Assembly (NCBI GenBank): GCA_964016885.1 | Contig: OZ024741.1 | Span: forward strand, 405,914,001 to 405,978,000 | Length of the DNA: 64,000 nucleotides | Direction: 5' to 3' | From: Eledone cirrhosa | Taxonomy: Eukaryota | Part shown: positions 9,366-24,000 of the stretch, piece after piece | How the letters are laid out: the number at the start of each line of letters is the position of its first letter | Position numbering within the stretch: the stretch's first letter is position 1 | Program-made: the position numbers and the translations under genes | Notes under the pieces: generated by a model | Database searches by the model: none | Told to the model about the DNA's origin: nothing | The model's input: only the letters and a program-made list of their open reading frames with translations

Positions 9366-9609
9366 TAACAATCCCTGCTATAACCAATTAACAGATTTAG
9401 CATATTTTAACATACTTCTGGAAACACTGATAATTCTTTATTTTTTTGCATGTCTGGATCAATTTATTGTGATTTTTTTTTATTTCCTGAAGAGATACGG
9501 TTTGGGTTTGAACACCCATAATGGAGAAAATTTAATGATAATATGTTTCTTTTTTCTCCACATATGGATGTGATATTCTAGCCGCATTGAAACGCCTGTA
9601 GCGATGTAT

Positions 9610-9723
9610 AAATAAATAATTGTTTCTACTTTTGGCACAAGGCCAGCAATTATCAGTACATTACTGGTACTTTATTTTATCGACCCCGTAAGGATGAAAG
9701 GCAAAGTTAACCTCGGCGGGATT
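9610..9723 (-). mobile_element. 5'-truncated copy of the tRNA-type SINE
   Basis: Near-identical to 6460-6570 in the same orientation; inverted relative to 9245-9365. Confidence 0.85.
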
Positions 9724-10168
9724 GTATAAATAGATAATAATACTAATACTTAGTCTTATTGAATTTTGAATTATATACCGTATATATATATATATATATA
9801 TATGCTTCTCCCCTTCTGACTTCCACTCGTTTGGCCTGAAGTGGGGTCCCTTCTTGCTCACACCTCACTCGCGTCGCACGGTCTGTTGTCTCTCGCTCAT
9901 GAAATCCACACAGCTTAAGCTGATCGGACTCCCATGTGCTTGTTTTTTCCTATCTTTGCGTTGCTATCCTTCTATGTTTGTTTACTTGTCTCGCTCGCTT
10001 TACGCGATTTACTTGTCCCAATAGCTTTATTTAGCTATTGCTCGCACCAACTGGAGGTATATGATTTTTAAAGCGATGGAATACCAATGAAGTTGGAAAA
10101 TCACTGATGAAGGACTATTTTTATCATATGTAACCCATGTGAAACCACGCAGTGCTCATTCTTCTCAT

Positions 10169-10171
<3 letters not shown>

Positions 10172-10242
<71 letters not shown>
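10172..10242. repeat. (TA)n microsatellite
   Basis: Perfect TA run of about 35 units. Confidence 0.95.
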
Positions 10243-10244
<2 letters not shown>

Positions 10245-10794
10245 AACCTGAGGACCTCCCTCCCGGGAGTGGCCCACACAGGAAGAACAATTATCCCAAA
10301 GTACTAACCCTATACGCATGAATGAGTGGCCGCAACCGTGCATTGTGTGTGTATACTGGGATTACGGGAATGTACCCACTCATGTGAACGCAACGAAATA
10401 CTAATACCCCAGGTTGCATTTGAAAAATGTTCGAGTGTATGTTTAAGAGTATATTTGTATATGCTCTCTTGTATGAGTGCACATGTGTATATAGACATAC
10501 ACACGCATCCAGAGGTATTAAAGTGTGGGTGGGTATATATGTCTGTACTAAGGGATTCGCCTAAGCTCCAAAGCCCCCAAGCTATTGCTGTGAAGATATA
10601 TATCACACTCTACCTTTGTCTAGTCTAAACAATAACTTTTCCAAACACCCACTTTACTTTTCTTTAAAAATAACACCCACCTATTTTAATGTCTGCCTTA
10701 TACTTGGATTTGGGGGCCTCTCTTGTATATATGTATGCACTTGTGCGTACATATATATATATATATACACATCTGTATGGATTTGTGTGTGTAG

Positions 10795-11090
10795 TTGTGT
10801 GTGTGTGTCTGAGGGGGTAGGTGTGAGTGTATGTACAAGTCAACCAACATAAGTCTTTTTATTTCTAAAATTTCTAAACTTTCTAAGTATTTGACTCTAA
10901 CCATAATTTTCAGTTTACCACCCCACATTGATTCCTCAATTTGTATGTGTGGATGTGTGTGTGTGTGTGTGCGGGTGGGTGTGAGTGTATGTGCAAGTCA
11001 ACCTACATAAGTCTTTTTATTTGTAAATTTTCTAGTATTCTACTCTAACCATAATTTTCAGTAGTACCACCCCACATAAATTCCTCAATT
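10795..11090 (+). repeat. Diverged tandem duplication of a ~150-bp unit headed by (GT)n
   Basis: GTGTGAGTGTATGT.CAAGTCAACC.ACATAAGTCTTTTTATTT...CTCTAACCATAATTTTCAGT...CCACCCCACAT..ATTCCTCAATTT at ~10821-10942 and ~10979-11090. Confidence 0.85.
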
Positions 11091-11371
11091 TAAGAACGAC
11101 CTGTAGTATCTATTTCATACTATTAACCTCAATTGAATATATATATGACCAGGAATGCTTTTTGTGAAAATCAGTCATATGGAACTATTGTCATCTTGCC
11201 TGACCATCTTGTTTGAACTTTACAACACCACCTGCCTCTACAAACTGACCAATGTGAATTAAGACTATTCCTGCTGACAACATTAAATTATTCCTAACAA
11301 GTTCATATGTCCCAAGGCTCTGATACCATCAACATCATAAACACAGAGCTGGCATATCTAAGAACTGACTA

Positions 11372-11427
11372 ACTGCCTGATGAGGTCATAGCCATTCAAT
11401 GGCTATCATCGAAATATATATAGCTGT
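11372..11427 (+). ncRNA. Minimal type I hammerhead ribozyme motif
   Basis: Stem I ACTGC/GCTGT (1 mismatch); CTGATGA 11377-83; stem II GGT-C-ATAGCCAT/ATGGCTAT-C-ATC; GAAA 11411-14; palindromic ATATATAT stem III; ATA site; AATAAA at 11429. Confidence 0.65.
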
Positions 11428-11811
11428 AAATAAAGGATTATGAGTTCATGCAATTGACTTATGTTTCGTCACTATATATATATATTGATTTATTATTTTT
11501 TATATCGTACAGGCAGACTTTATGCTGTTGAATTAAGATATTTTCACTCTAGCGATTTTATTAGTCAATTGCAACTAAAACATGTAAATGTTCATCAAAT
11601 ATTAATTTATACTGCTCAGAAGCGATTCTTAGAGCTGAAATGATTGTAAATGACCCCATTGAGTCTAAACTCTAAGCTATTTATCACTGCTCCCCCAGGT
11701 GAGCTGAATTCGTAATTCCATATAAACGGCTGTTATTTCTAGCACTATGTGTGGGACGTTAGAGGACTGGAATAAGCCGTGTGCAAAACCTCGTGTATTT
11801 TCGCTACGCTA

Positions 11812-12011
11812 NNNNNNNNNNNNNNNNNNNNNNNNNNNNNNNNNNNNNNNNNNNNNNNNNNNNNNNNNNNNNNNNNNNNNNNNNNNNNNNNNNNNNNNNN
11901 NNNNNNNNNNNNNNNNNNNNNNNNNNNNNNNNNNNNNNNNNNNNNNNNNNNNNNNNNNNNNNNNNNNNNNNNNNNNNNNNNNNNNNNNNNNNNNNNNNNN
12001 NNNNNNNNNNN
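11812..12011. other. Assembly gap (200 N)
   Basis: Exactly 200 N; the round number suggests a scaffolding join of unknown true size. Confidence 0.98.
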
Positions 12012-15000
12012 ATACTAACAACTGGGAAGACTGGAACAGGTAGATGATAAAAACAACTGGGAAGACTGGAACAGGTAGATGATACTAACAACTGGGAAGA
12101 CTGGAACAGGTAGATGATACCAACAACTGGGAAGACTGGAACAGGTAGATGATACGAACAACTGGGAAGACTGGAACAGGTAGAAGATACCAACAACTGG
12201 GAAGACTGGAACAGGTAGATGATACCAACAACTGGGAAGACTGGAACAGGTAGATGATACTAACAACTGGGAAGACTGGAACAGGTAGATGATACTAACA
12301 ACTGGGAAGACTGGAACAGGTAGAAGATACCAACAACTGGGAAGACTGGAACAGGTAGATGATACCAACAACTGGGAAGACTGGAACAGGTAGATGATAC
12401 TAACAACTGGTAAGACTGGAACAGGTAGATGATACCAACAACTGGGAAGACTAGAACAGGTAGATGATACTAACATCTGGGAAGAAGGGAACAGGTAGAA
12501 AATACCAACAACTGGGAAGACTGGAACAGGTAGATGATACTAACAACTGGGAAGACTGGAACAGGTAGATGATACCAATAACTGGGAAGACTGGAACAGG
12601 TAGATGATACTAACAACTGGGAAGACTGGAACAGGTAGATGATACCAACAACTGGGAAGACTGGAACAGGTAGATGATACCAACAACTGGGAAGACTGGA
12701 ACAGGTAGATGATACCAACAACTGGGAAGACTAGAACAGGTAGATGATACTAACAACTGGGAAGACTGGAACAGGTAGATGATACCAACAACTGGGAAGA
12801 CTGGAACAGGTAGATGATACCAACAACTGGGAAGACTGGAACAGGTAGATGATACCAACAACTGGGAAGACTGGAACAGGTAGATGATACCAACAACTGG
12901 GAAGACTGGAACAGGTAGATGATACCAATAACTGGGAAGACTGGAACAGGTAGATGATACCAACAACTGGGAAGACTGGAACAGGCAGATGATACTAACA
13001 ACTGGGAAGACTGGAACAGGTAGAAGATACTAACAACTGAGAAGACTGGAACAGGTAGATGATACCAACAACTGGGTAGACTGGAACAGGTAGATGATAC
13101 TAACAACTGGGAAGACTGAAACAGGTAGATGATAATAACAACTGGGAAGACTGAAACAGGTAAATGATACTAACAACTGGGAAGACTGGAACAGGTAGAT
13201 GATACCAACAACTGGGAAGACTGGAACAGGTAGATGATACCAACAACTGGGAAGACTGGAACAGGTAGATGATACCAACAACTGGGAAGACTGGAACAGG
13301 TAGATGATACCAACAACTGGGAAGACTGGAACAGGTAGATGATACTAACAACTGGGAAGACTGGAACAGGTAGATGATACCAACAACTGGGAAGACTGGA
13401 ACAGGTAGATGATACCAACAACTGGGAAGACTGGAACAGGTAGATGATACCAATAACTGGGAAGACTGGAACAGGTAGATGATACTAACAACTGGGAAGA
13501 CTGGAACAGGCAGATGATACTAACAACTGGGAAGACTGGAACAGGTAGAAGATACTAACAACTGGGAAGACTGGAACAGGTAGATGATACCAACAACTGG
13601 GTAGACTGGAACAGGTAGATGATACTAACAACTGGGAAGACTGAAACAGGTAGATGATACTAACAACTGGGAAGACTGAAACAGGTAAATGATACTAACA
13701 ACTGGGAAGACTGGAACAGGTAGATGATACTAACAACTGGGAAGACTGGAACAGGTAGATGATACCAACAACTGGGAAGACTGGAACAGGTAGATGATAC
13801 TAACAACTGGGAAGACTGGAACAGGTAGATGATACCAACAACTGGGAAGACTGGAACAGGTAGATGATACTAACAACTGGGAAGACTGGAACAGGTAGAT
13901 GATACCGACAACTGGGAAGACTGGAACAGGTAGATGATACCAACAACTGGGAAGACTGGAACAGGTAGATGATACTAACAACTGGGAAGACTGGAACAGG
14001 TAGATGATACCAACAACTGGGAAGACTGGAACAGGTAGATGATACCAACAACTGGGAAGACTGGAACAGGTAGATGATACCAACAACTGGGAAGACTGAA
14101 ACAGGTAGATGATAATAACAACTGGGAAGACTGAAACAGGTAAATGATTCAAACAACTGGGAAGACTGGAACAGGTAGATGATACTAACAACTGGGAAGA
14201 CTGGAACAGGTAGATGATACTAACAACTGGGAAGACAGGAACAGGTAGATGATACCAACAACTGGGAAGACTAGAACAGGTAGATGATACCAACAACTGG
14301 GAAGACTGGAACAGGTAGATGATACCAATAACTGGGAAGACTGGAACAGGTAGATGATACTAACAACTGGGAAGACTGGAACAGGCAGATGATACTAACA
14401 ACTGGGAAGACTGGAACAGGTAGAAGATACTAACAACTGGGAAGACTGGAACAGGTAGATGATACCAACAACTGGGTAGACTGGAACAGGTAGATGATAC
14501 TAACAACTGGGAAGACTGAAACAGGTAGATGATACTAACAACTGGGAAGACTGAAACAGGTAGAAGATACTAACAACTGGGAAGACTGGAACTGGTAGAT
14601 GATACTAACAACTGGGAAGACTGGAACAGGTAGATGATACCAACCACTGGGAACACTGGAACAGGTAGATGATACTAACAACTGGGAAGACTGGAACAGG
14701 TAGATGATACCAACAACTGGGATGACTGGAACAGGTAGATGATACTAACAACTGGGAAGACTGGAACAGGTAGATGATACCAACAACTGGGAAGACTGGA
14801 ACAGGTAGATGATACCAACAACTGGGAAGACTGGAACAGGTAGATGATACTAACAACTGGGAAGACTGGAACAGGTAGATGATACCAACAACTGGGAAGA
14901 CTGGAACAGGTAGATGATACCAACAACTGGGAAGACTGAAACAGGTAGATGATAATAACAACTGGGAAGACTGAAACAGGTAAATGATACTAACAACTGG

Positions 15001-18000
15001 GAAGACTGGAACAGGTAGATGATACTAACAACTGGGAAGACTGGAACAGGTAGATGATACTAACAACTGGGAAGACTGGAACAGGTAGATGATACCAACA
15101 ACTGGGAAGACTGGAACAGGTAGATGATACTAACAACTGGGAAGACTGGAACAGGTAGATGATACCAACAACTGGGAAGACTGGAACAGGTAGATGATAC
15201 TAACAACTGGGAAGACTGGAACAGGTAGATGATACCAACAACTGGGAAGACTGGAACAGGTAGATGATACCAACAACTGGGAAGACTGGAACAGGTAGAT
15301 GATACTAACAACTGGGAAGACTGGAACAGGTAGATGATACCAACAACTGGGAAGACTGGAACAGGTAGATGATACCAACAACTGGGAAGACTGAAACAGG
15401 TAGATGATAATAACAACTGGGAAGACTGAAACAGGTAAATGATACTAACAACTGGGAAGACTGGAACAGGTAGATGATACTAACAACTGGGAAGACTGGA
15501 ACAGGTAGATGATACTAACAACTGGGAAGACTGGAACAGGTAGATGACACCAATAACTGGGTAGACTGGAACAGGTAGATGATACTAACAACTGGGAAGA
15601 CTGGAACAGGTAGATGATAAAAACAACTGGGAAGACTGGAACAGGTAGATGATACTAACAACTGGGAAGACTGGAACAGGTAGATGATACCAACAACTGG
15701 GAAGACTGGAACAGGTAGATGATACGAACAACTGGGAAGACTGGAACAGGTAGAAGATACCAACAACTGGGAAGACTGGAACAGGTAGATGATACCAACA
15801 ACTGGGAAGACTGGAACAGGTAGATGATACTAACAACTGGGAAGACTGGAACAGGTAGATGATACTAACAACTGGGAAGACTGGAACAGGTAGAAGATAC
15901 CAACAACTGGGAAGACTGGAACAGGTAGATGATACCAACAACTGGGAAGACTGGAACAGGTAGATGATACTAACAACTGGTAAGACTGGAACAGGTAGAT
16001 GATACCAACAACTGGGAAGACTAGAACAGGTAGATGATACTAACATCTGGGAAGAAGGGAACAGGTAGAAAATACCAACAACTGGGAAGACTGGAACAGG
16101 TAGATGATACTAACAACTGGGAAGACTGGAACAGGTAGATGATACCAATAACTGGGAAGACTGGAACAGGTAGATGATACTAACAACTGGGAAGACTGGA
16201 ACAGGTAGATGATACCAACAACTGGGAAGACTGGAACAGGTAGATGATACCAACAACTGGGAAGACTGGAACAGGTAGATGATACCAACAACTGGGAAGA
16301 CTAGAACAGGTAGATGATACTAACAACTGGGAAGACTGGAACAGGTAGATGATACCAACAACTGGGAAGACTGGAACAGGTAGATGATACCAACAACTGG
16401 GAAGACTGGAACAGGTAGATGATACCAACAACTGGGAAGACTGGAACAGGTAGATGATACCAACAACTGGGAAGACTGGAACAGGTAGATGATACCAATA
16501 ACTGGGAAGACTGGAACAGGTAGATGATACCAACAACTGGGAAGACTGGAACAGGCAGATGATACTAACAACTGGGAAGACTGGAACAGGTAGAAGATAC
16601 TAACAACTGAGAAGACTGGAACAGGTAGATGATACCAACAACTGGGTAGACTGGAACAGGTAGATGATACTAACAACTGGGAAGACTGAAACAGGTAGAT
16701 GATAATAACAACTGGGAAGACTGAAACAGGTAAATGATACTAACAACTGGGAAGACTGGAACAGGTAGATGATACCAACAACTGGGAAGACTAGAACAGG
16801 TAGAGGATACTAACATCTGGGAAGACGGGAACAGGTAGAAAATACCAACAACTGGGAAGACTGGAACAGGTAGATGATACTAACAACTGGGAAGACTGGA
16901 ACAGGTAGATGATACTAACAACTGGGAAGACTGGAACAGGTAGATGATACCAACAACTGGGAAGACTGGAACAGGTAGATGATACCAACAACTGGGAAGA
17001 CTGGAACAGGTAGATGATACCAACAACTGGGAAGACTAGAACAGGTAGATGATACTAACAACTGGGAAGACTGGAACAGGTAGATGATACCAACAACTGG
17101 GAAGACTGGAACAGGTAGATGATACCAACAACTGGGAAGACTGGAACAGGTAGATGATACCAACAACTGGGAAGACTGGAACAGGTAGATGATACCAACA
17201 ACTGGGAAGACTGGAACAGGTAGATGATACCAATAACTGGGAAGACTGGAACAGGTAGATGATACCAACAACTGGGAAGACTGGAACAGGCAGATGATAC
17301 TAACAACTGGGAAGACTGGAACAGGTAGAAGATACTAACAACTGAGAAGACTGGAACAGGTAGATGATACCAACAACTGGGTAGACTGGAACAGGTAGAT
17401 GATACTAACAACTGGGAAGACTGAAACAGGTAGATGATAATAACAACTGGGAAGACTGAAACAGGTAAATGATACTAACAACTGGGAAGACTGGAACAGG
17501 TAGATGATACTAACAACTGGGAAGACTGGAACAGGTAGATGATACTAACAACTGGGAAGACTGGAACAGGTAGATGATACCAATAACTGGGAAGACTGGA
17601 ACAGGTAGATGATACTAACAACTGGGAAGACTGGAACAGGTAGATGATACCAACAACTGGGAAGACTGGAACAGGTAGATGATACTAACAACTGGGAAGA
17701 CTGGAACAGGTAGATGATACCAACAACTGGGAAGACTGGAACAGGTAGATGATACTAACAACTGGGAAGACTGGAACAGGTAAATGATACCAACAACTGG
17801 GAAGACTGGAACAGGTAGATGGTACTAACAACTGGGAAGACTGGAACAGGTAGAAGATACTAACAACTGGGAAGACTGGAACAGGTAGAAGATACTAACA
17901 ACTGGGAAGACTGGAACAGATAGATGATACTAACAACTGGGAAGACTGAAACAGGTAGATGATACTAACAACTGGGAAGACTGGAACAGGTAGATGATAC

Positions 18001-21000
18001 CAACAACTGGGAAGACTGGAACAGGTAGATGGTACTAACAACTGGGAAGACTGGAACAGGTAGAAGATACTAACAACTGGGAAGACTGGAACAGGTAGAT
18101 GATACCAACAACTGGGAAGACTGGAACAGGTAGATGATACCAATAACTGGGAAGACTGGAACAGGTAGATGATACTAACAACTGGGAAGACTGGAACAGG
18201 TAAATGATACTAACAACTGGGAAGACTGGAACAGGTATATGATAACAATAACTGGGAAGACTGGAACAGATAGATGATACTAACAACTGGGAAGACTGGA
18301 ACAGGTAGATGATACCAACAACTGGGAAGACTGGAACAGGTAGATGGTACTAACAACTGGGAAGACTGGAACAGGTAGATGATACTAACAACTGGGAAGA
18401 CTGGAACAGGTAGATGATACCAACAACTGGGAAGACTGGAACAGGTAGATGGTACTAACAACTGGGAAGACTGGAACAGGTAGATGATACTAACAACTGG
18501 GAAGACTGGAACAGATAGATGATACTAACAACTGGGAAGACTGAAACAGGTAGATGATACTAACAACTGGGAAGACTGGAACAGGTAGATGATACTAACA
18601 ACTGGGAAGACTGGAACAGGTAGATGATACTAACAACTGGGAAGACTGGAACAGGTAGATGATACCAACCACTGGGAAGACTGGAACAGGTAGGTGATAC
18701 TAACAACTGGGAAGACTGGAACAGATAGATGATACTAACAACTGGGAAGACTGAAACAGGTAGATGATACTAACAACTGGGAAGACTGGAACAGGTAGAT
18801 GATACTAACAACTGGGAAGACTGGAACAGGTAGATGATACTAACAACTGGGAAGACTGGAACAGGTAGATGATACTAACAACTGGGAAGACTGGAACAGG
18901 TAGATGATGCTAACAACTGGGAAGACTGGAACATGTAGATGATACCAACAACTGGGAAGACTGGAACAGGTAGATGATACCAACCACTGGGAAGTCTGGA
19001 ACAGGTAGATGATACTAACAACTGGGAAGACTGGAACAGGTAGATGATACCAACAACTGGGAAGACTGGAACAGGTAGATGATACTAACAACTAGGAAGA
19101 CTGGAACAGATAGATGATACTAAAAACTGGGAAGACTGAAACAGGTAGATGATACTAACAACTGGGAAGACTGAAACAGGTAGATGATACTAACAACTGG
19201 GAAGACTGGAACAGGTAGATGATACTAACAACTGGAAAGACTGGAACAGGTAGAAGATACTAACAACTGGGAAGACTGGAACAGGTAGATGATACCAACC
19301 ACTGGGAAGACTGGAACGGGTAGATGATACCAACAACTGGGAAGACTGGAACAGGTAGATGATACCAACAACTGGGAAGACTGGAACAGGTAGAAGATAC
19401 TAACAACTGGGAAGACTGGAACAGGTAGATGATACCAACAACTGGGAAGACTGGAACAGGTAGATGGTACTAACAACTGGGAAGAGTGGAACAGGTAGAT
19501 GATACCAACAACTGGGAAGACTGGAACAGGTAGATGATACTAACAAGTGGGAAGACTGGAACAGGTAGATGATACCAACAACTGGGAAGACTGGAACAGG
19601 TAGATGATACCAACAACTGGGAAGACTGGAACAGGTAGATAATACCAATAACTGGGAAGACTGGAACAGGTAGATGATACTAACAACTGGGAAGACTGGA
19701 ATAGGTAGATGATACCAATAACTGGGAAGACTGGAACAGGCAGATGATACCAACAACTGGGAAGACTGGAACAGGTAGATGATACCAACAAATGGGAAGA
19801 CTGGAACAGGTAGATAATACCAACAACTGGGAAGACTGGAACAGGTAGATGATACTAGCAACTGGGAAGACTGGAACAGGTAGATGATACTAACAACTGG
19901 GAAGACTGGAACAGGTAGAAGATACTAACAACTGGGAAGACTGGAACAGGTAGAAGATACTAACAACTGGGAAGACTGGAACAGGTAGATGATACCAATA
20001 ACTGGGAAGACTGGAACAGGTAGATGATACCAACAACTGGGAAGACTGGAACAGGTAGATGATACCAACAACTGGGAAGACTGGAACAGGTAGATAATAC
20101 CAATAACTGGGAAGACTGGAACAGGTAGATGATACTAACAACTGCGAAGACTGGAACAGGTAGATGATACCAACAACTGGGAAGACTGGAACAGGTAGAT
20201 GATACCAACAACTGGGAAGACTGGAACAGGTAGATGATACCAATAACTGGGAAGACTGGAACAGGTAGATGATACCAACAACTGGGAAGACTGGAACAGG
20301 TAGATGATACCAACAACTGGGAAGACTGGAACAGGTAGATAATACCAATAACTGGGAAGACTGGAACAGGTAGATGATACTAACAACTGCGAAGACTGGA
20401 ATAGGTAGATGATACCAATAACTGGGAAGACTGGAACAGGTAGATGATACCAACAACTGGGAAGACTGGAACAGGTAGATGATACCAACAAATGGGAAGA
20501 CTGGAACAGGTAGATAATACCAACAACTGGGAAGACTGGAACAGGTAGATGATACTAGCAACTGGGAAGACTGGAACAGGTAGATGATACTAACAACTGG
20601 GAAGACTGGAACAGGTAGAAGATACTAACAACTGGGAAGACTGGAACAGGTAGAAGATACTAACAACTGGGAAGACTGGAACAGGTAGATGATACTAACA
20701 ACTGGGAATACTGGAACAGGTAGATGATACTAACAACTGGGAAGACTGGAACAGGTAGATGATACCAACCACTGGGAAGACTGGAACAGGTAGATGATAC
20801 TAACAATTGGGAAGACTGGAACAGGTAGATGATACCAACAACTGGGAAGACTGGAACAGGTAGATGATACTAACAACTGGGAAGACTGCAACAGGTAGAT
20901 GATACTAACAACTGGGAAGACTGGAACAGGTAGATGATACTAACAACTGGGAAGACTGGAACAGGTAGATGATACCAACAACTGGGAAGACTGGAACAGG

Positions 21001-24000
21001 TAGATGATACCAACAACTGTGAAGACTGGAACAGGTAGATGATACCAACAACTGGGAAGACTGGAACAGGTAGATGATACTAACAACTGGGAAGACTGGA
21101 ACAGGTAGATGATACCAACAACTGGGAAGACTGGAACAGGTAGATGATACCAACAACTGGGAAGACTGGAACAGGTAGATGATACCAACAACTGGGAAGA
21201 CTGGAACAGGTAGATGATACTAACAACTGGGAAGACTGGAACAGGTAGATGATACCAACAACTGGGAAGACTGGAACAGGTAGATGATACTAACAACTGG
21301 GAAGACTGGAACAGGTAGATGATACTAACAACTGGGAAGACTGGAACAGGTAGATGATACCAACAACTGGGAAGACTGGAACAGGTAGATGATACCAACA
21401 ACTGTGAAGACTGGAACAGGTAGATGATACCAACAACTGGGAAGACTGGAACAGGTAGATGATACCAACAACTGGGAAGACTGGAACAGGTAGATGATAC
21501 CAACAACTGTGAAGACTGGAACAGGTAGATGATACCAACAACTGGGAAGACTGGAACAGGTAGATGATACTAACAACTGGGAAGACTGGAACAAGTAGAT
21601 GATACCAACAACTGGGAAGACTGGAACAGGTAGATGATACCAACAACTGGGAAGACTGGAACAGGTAGATGATACCAACAACTGGGAAGACTGGAACAGG
21701 TAGATGATACTAACAACTGGGAAGACTGGAACAGGTAGATGATACCAACAACTGGGAAGACTGGAACAGGTAGATGATACCAACAACTGGGAAGACTGGA
21801 ACAGGTAGATGATACCAACAACTGGGAAGACTTGTACAGGTAGATGATACCAAAAACTGGGAAGACTGGAACAGGTAGATGATACTAACAACTGGGAAGA
21901 CTGGAACAGGCAGATGATACTAACAACTGGGAAGACTGGAACAGGTAGAAGATACTAACAACTGGGAAGACTGGAACAGGTAGATGATACCAACAACTGG
22001 GTAGACTGGAACAGGTAGATGATACTAACAACAGGGAAGTCTGAAACAGGTAGATGATATTAACAACAGGGAAGTCTGAAACAGGTAAATGATACTAACA
22101 ACTGGGAAGACTGGAACAGGTAGATGATACTAACAACTGGGAAGACTGGAACAGGTAGATGATACTAACAACTGGGAAGACTGGAACAGGTAGATGATAC
22201 TAACAACTGGGAAGACTGGAACAGGTAGATGATACTAACAACTGGGAAGACTGGAACAGGTAGATGATACCAATAACTGGGAAGACTGGAACAGGTAGAT
22301 GATACTAACAACTGGGAAGACTGGAACAGGTAGATGATACCAACAACTGGGTAGACTGGAACAGGTAGATGATACTAACAACTGGGAAGACTGGAACAGG
22401 TAGATGATACTAACAACTGGGAAGACTGGAACAGGTAGATGATACTAACAACTGGGTAGACTGGAACAGGTAGATGATACTAACAACTGGGAAGACTGGA
22501 ACAGGTAGATGATACCAACAACTGGGAAGACTGGAACAGGTAGATGATACTAACAACTGGGAAGACTGGAACAGGTAAATGATACCAACAACTGGGAAGA
22601 CTGGAACAGGTAGATGATACTAACAACTGGGAAGACTGGAACAGGTAGATAATACCAACAACCGGGAAGACTGGAACAGGTAGATGATACCAACAACTGG
22701 GAAGACTGGAACAGGTAGAAGATACTAACAACTGGGAAGACTGGAACAGGTAGATGATACTAACAACTGGGAAGACTGCAACAGGTAGATGATACTAACA
22801 ACTGGGAAGACTGGAACAGGTAGATGATACTAACAACTGGGAAGACTGGAACAGGTAGATGATACCAACAACTGGGAAGACTGGAACAGGTAGATGATAC
22901 CAACAACTGTGAAGACTGGAACAGGTAGATGATACCAACAACTGGGAAGACTGGAACAGGTAGATGATACTAACAACTGGGAAGACTGGAACAGGTAGAT
23001 GATACCAACAACTGGGAAGACTGGAACAGGTAGATGATACCAACAACTGGGAAGACTGGAACAGGTAGATGATACCAACAACTGGGAAGACTGGAACAGG
23101 TAGATGATACTAACAACTGGGAAGACTGGAACAGGTAGATGATACCAACAACTGGGAAGACTGGAACAGGTAGATGATACTAACAACTGGGAAGACTGGA
23201 ACAGGTAGATGATACTAACAACTGGGAAGACTGGAACAGGTAGATGATACCAACAACTGGGAAGACTGGAACAGGTAGATGATACCAACAACTGTGAAGA
23301 CTGGAACAGGTAGATGATACCAACAACTGGGAAGACTGGAACAGGTAGATGATACCAACAACTGGGAAGACTGGAACAGGTAGATGATACCAACAACTGT
23401 GAAGACTGGAACAGGTAGATGATACCAACAACTGGGAAGACTGGAACAGGTAGATGATACTAACAACTGGGAAGACTGGAACAGGTAGATGATACCAACA
23501 ACTGGGAAGACTGGAACAGGTAGATGATACCAACAACTGGGAAGACTGGAACAGGTAGATGATACCAACAACTGGGAAGACTGGAACAGGTAGATGATAC
23601 TAACAACTGGGAAGACTGGAACAGGTAGATGATACCAACAACTGGGAAGACTGGAACAGGTAGATGATACCAACAACTGGGAAGACTGGAACAGGTAGAT
23701 GATACCAACAACTGGGAAGACTGGAACAGGTAGACGATACAAAAAACTGGGAAGACTGGAACAGGTAGATGATACTAACAACTGGGAAGACTGGAACAGG
23801 CAGATGATACTAACAACTGGGAAGACTGGAACAGGTAGAAGATACTAACAACTGGGAAGACTGGAACAGGTAGATGATACCAACAACTGGGTAGACTGGA
23901 ACAGGTAGATGATACTAACAACTGGGAAGTCTGAAACAGGTAGATGATATTAACAACAGGGAAGTCTGAAACAGGTAAATGATACTAACAACTGGGAAGA

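Noticed and set aside
10101-10155. CTGATGA...GAAAC hammerhead candidate
   Set aside because: No convincing stem I, II or III, and no NUH site.
4023-11643. Short ORFs rich in YI/IY, poly-N/L/I or HT repeats
   Set aside because: Translations of (AT)n, (ATT)n and (GT)n microsatellites and TE fragments.
11761-11777. GACTGGAA just before the gap, resembling the satellite
   Set aside because: 8-bp match is compatible with chance, and true adjacency across the gap is unknown.
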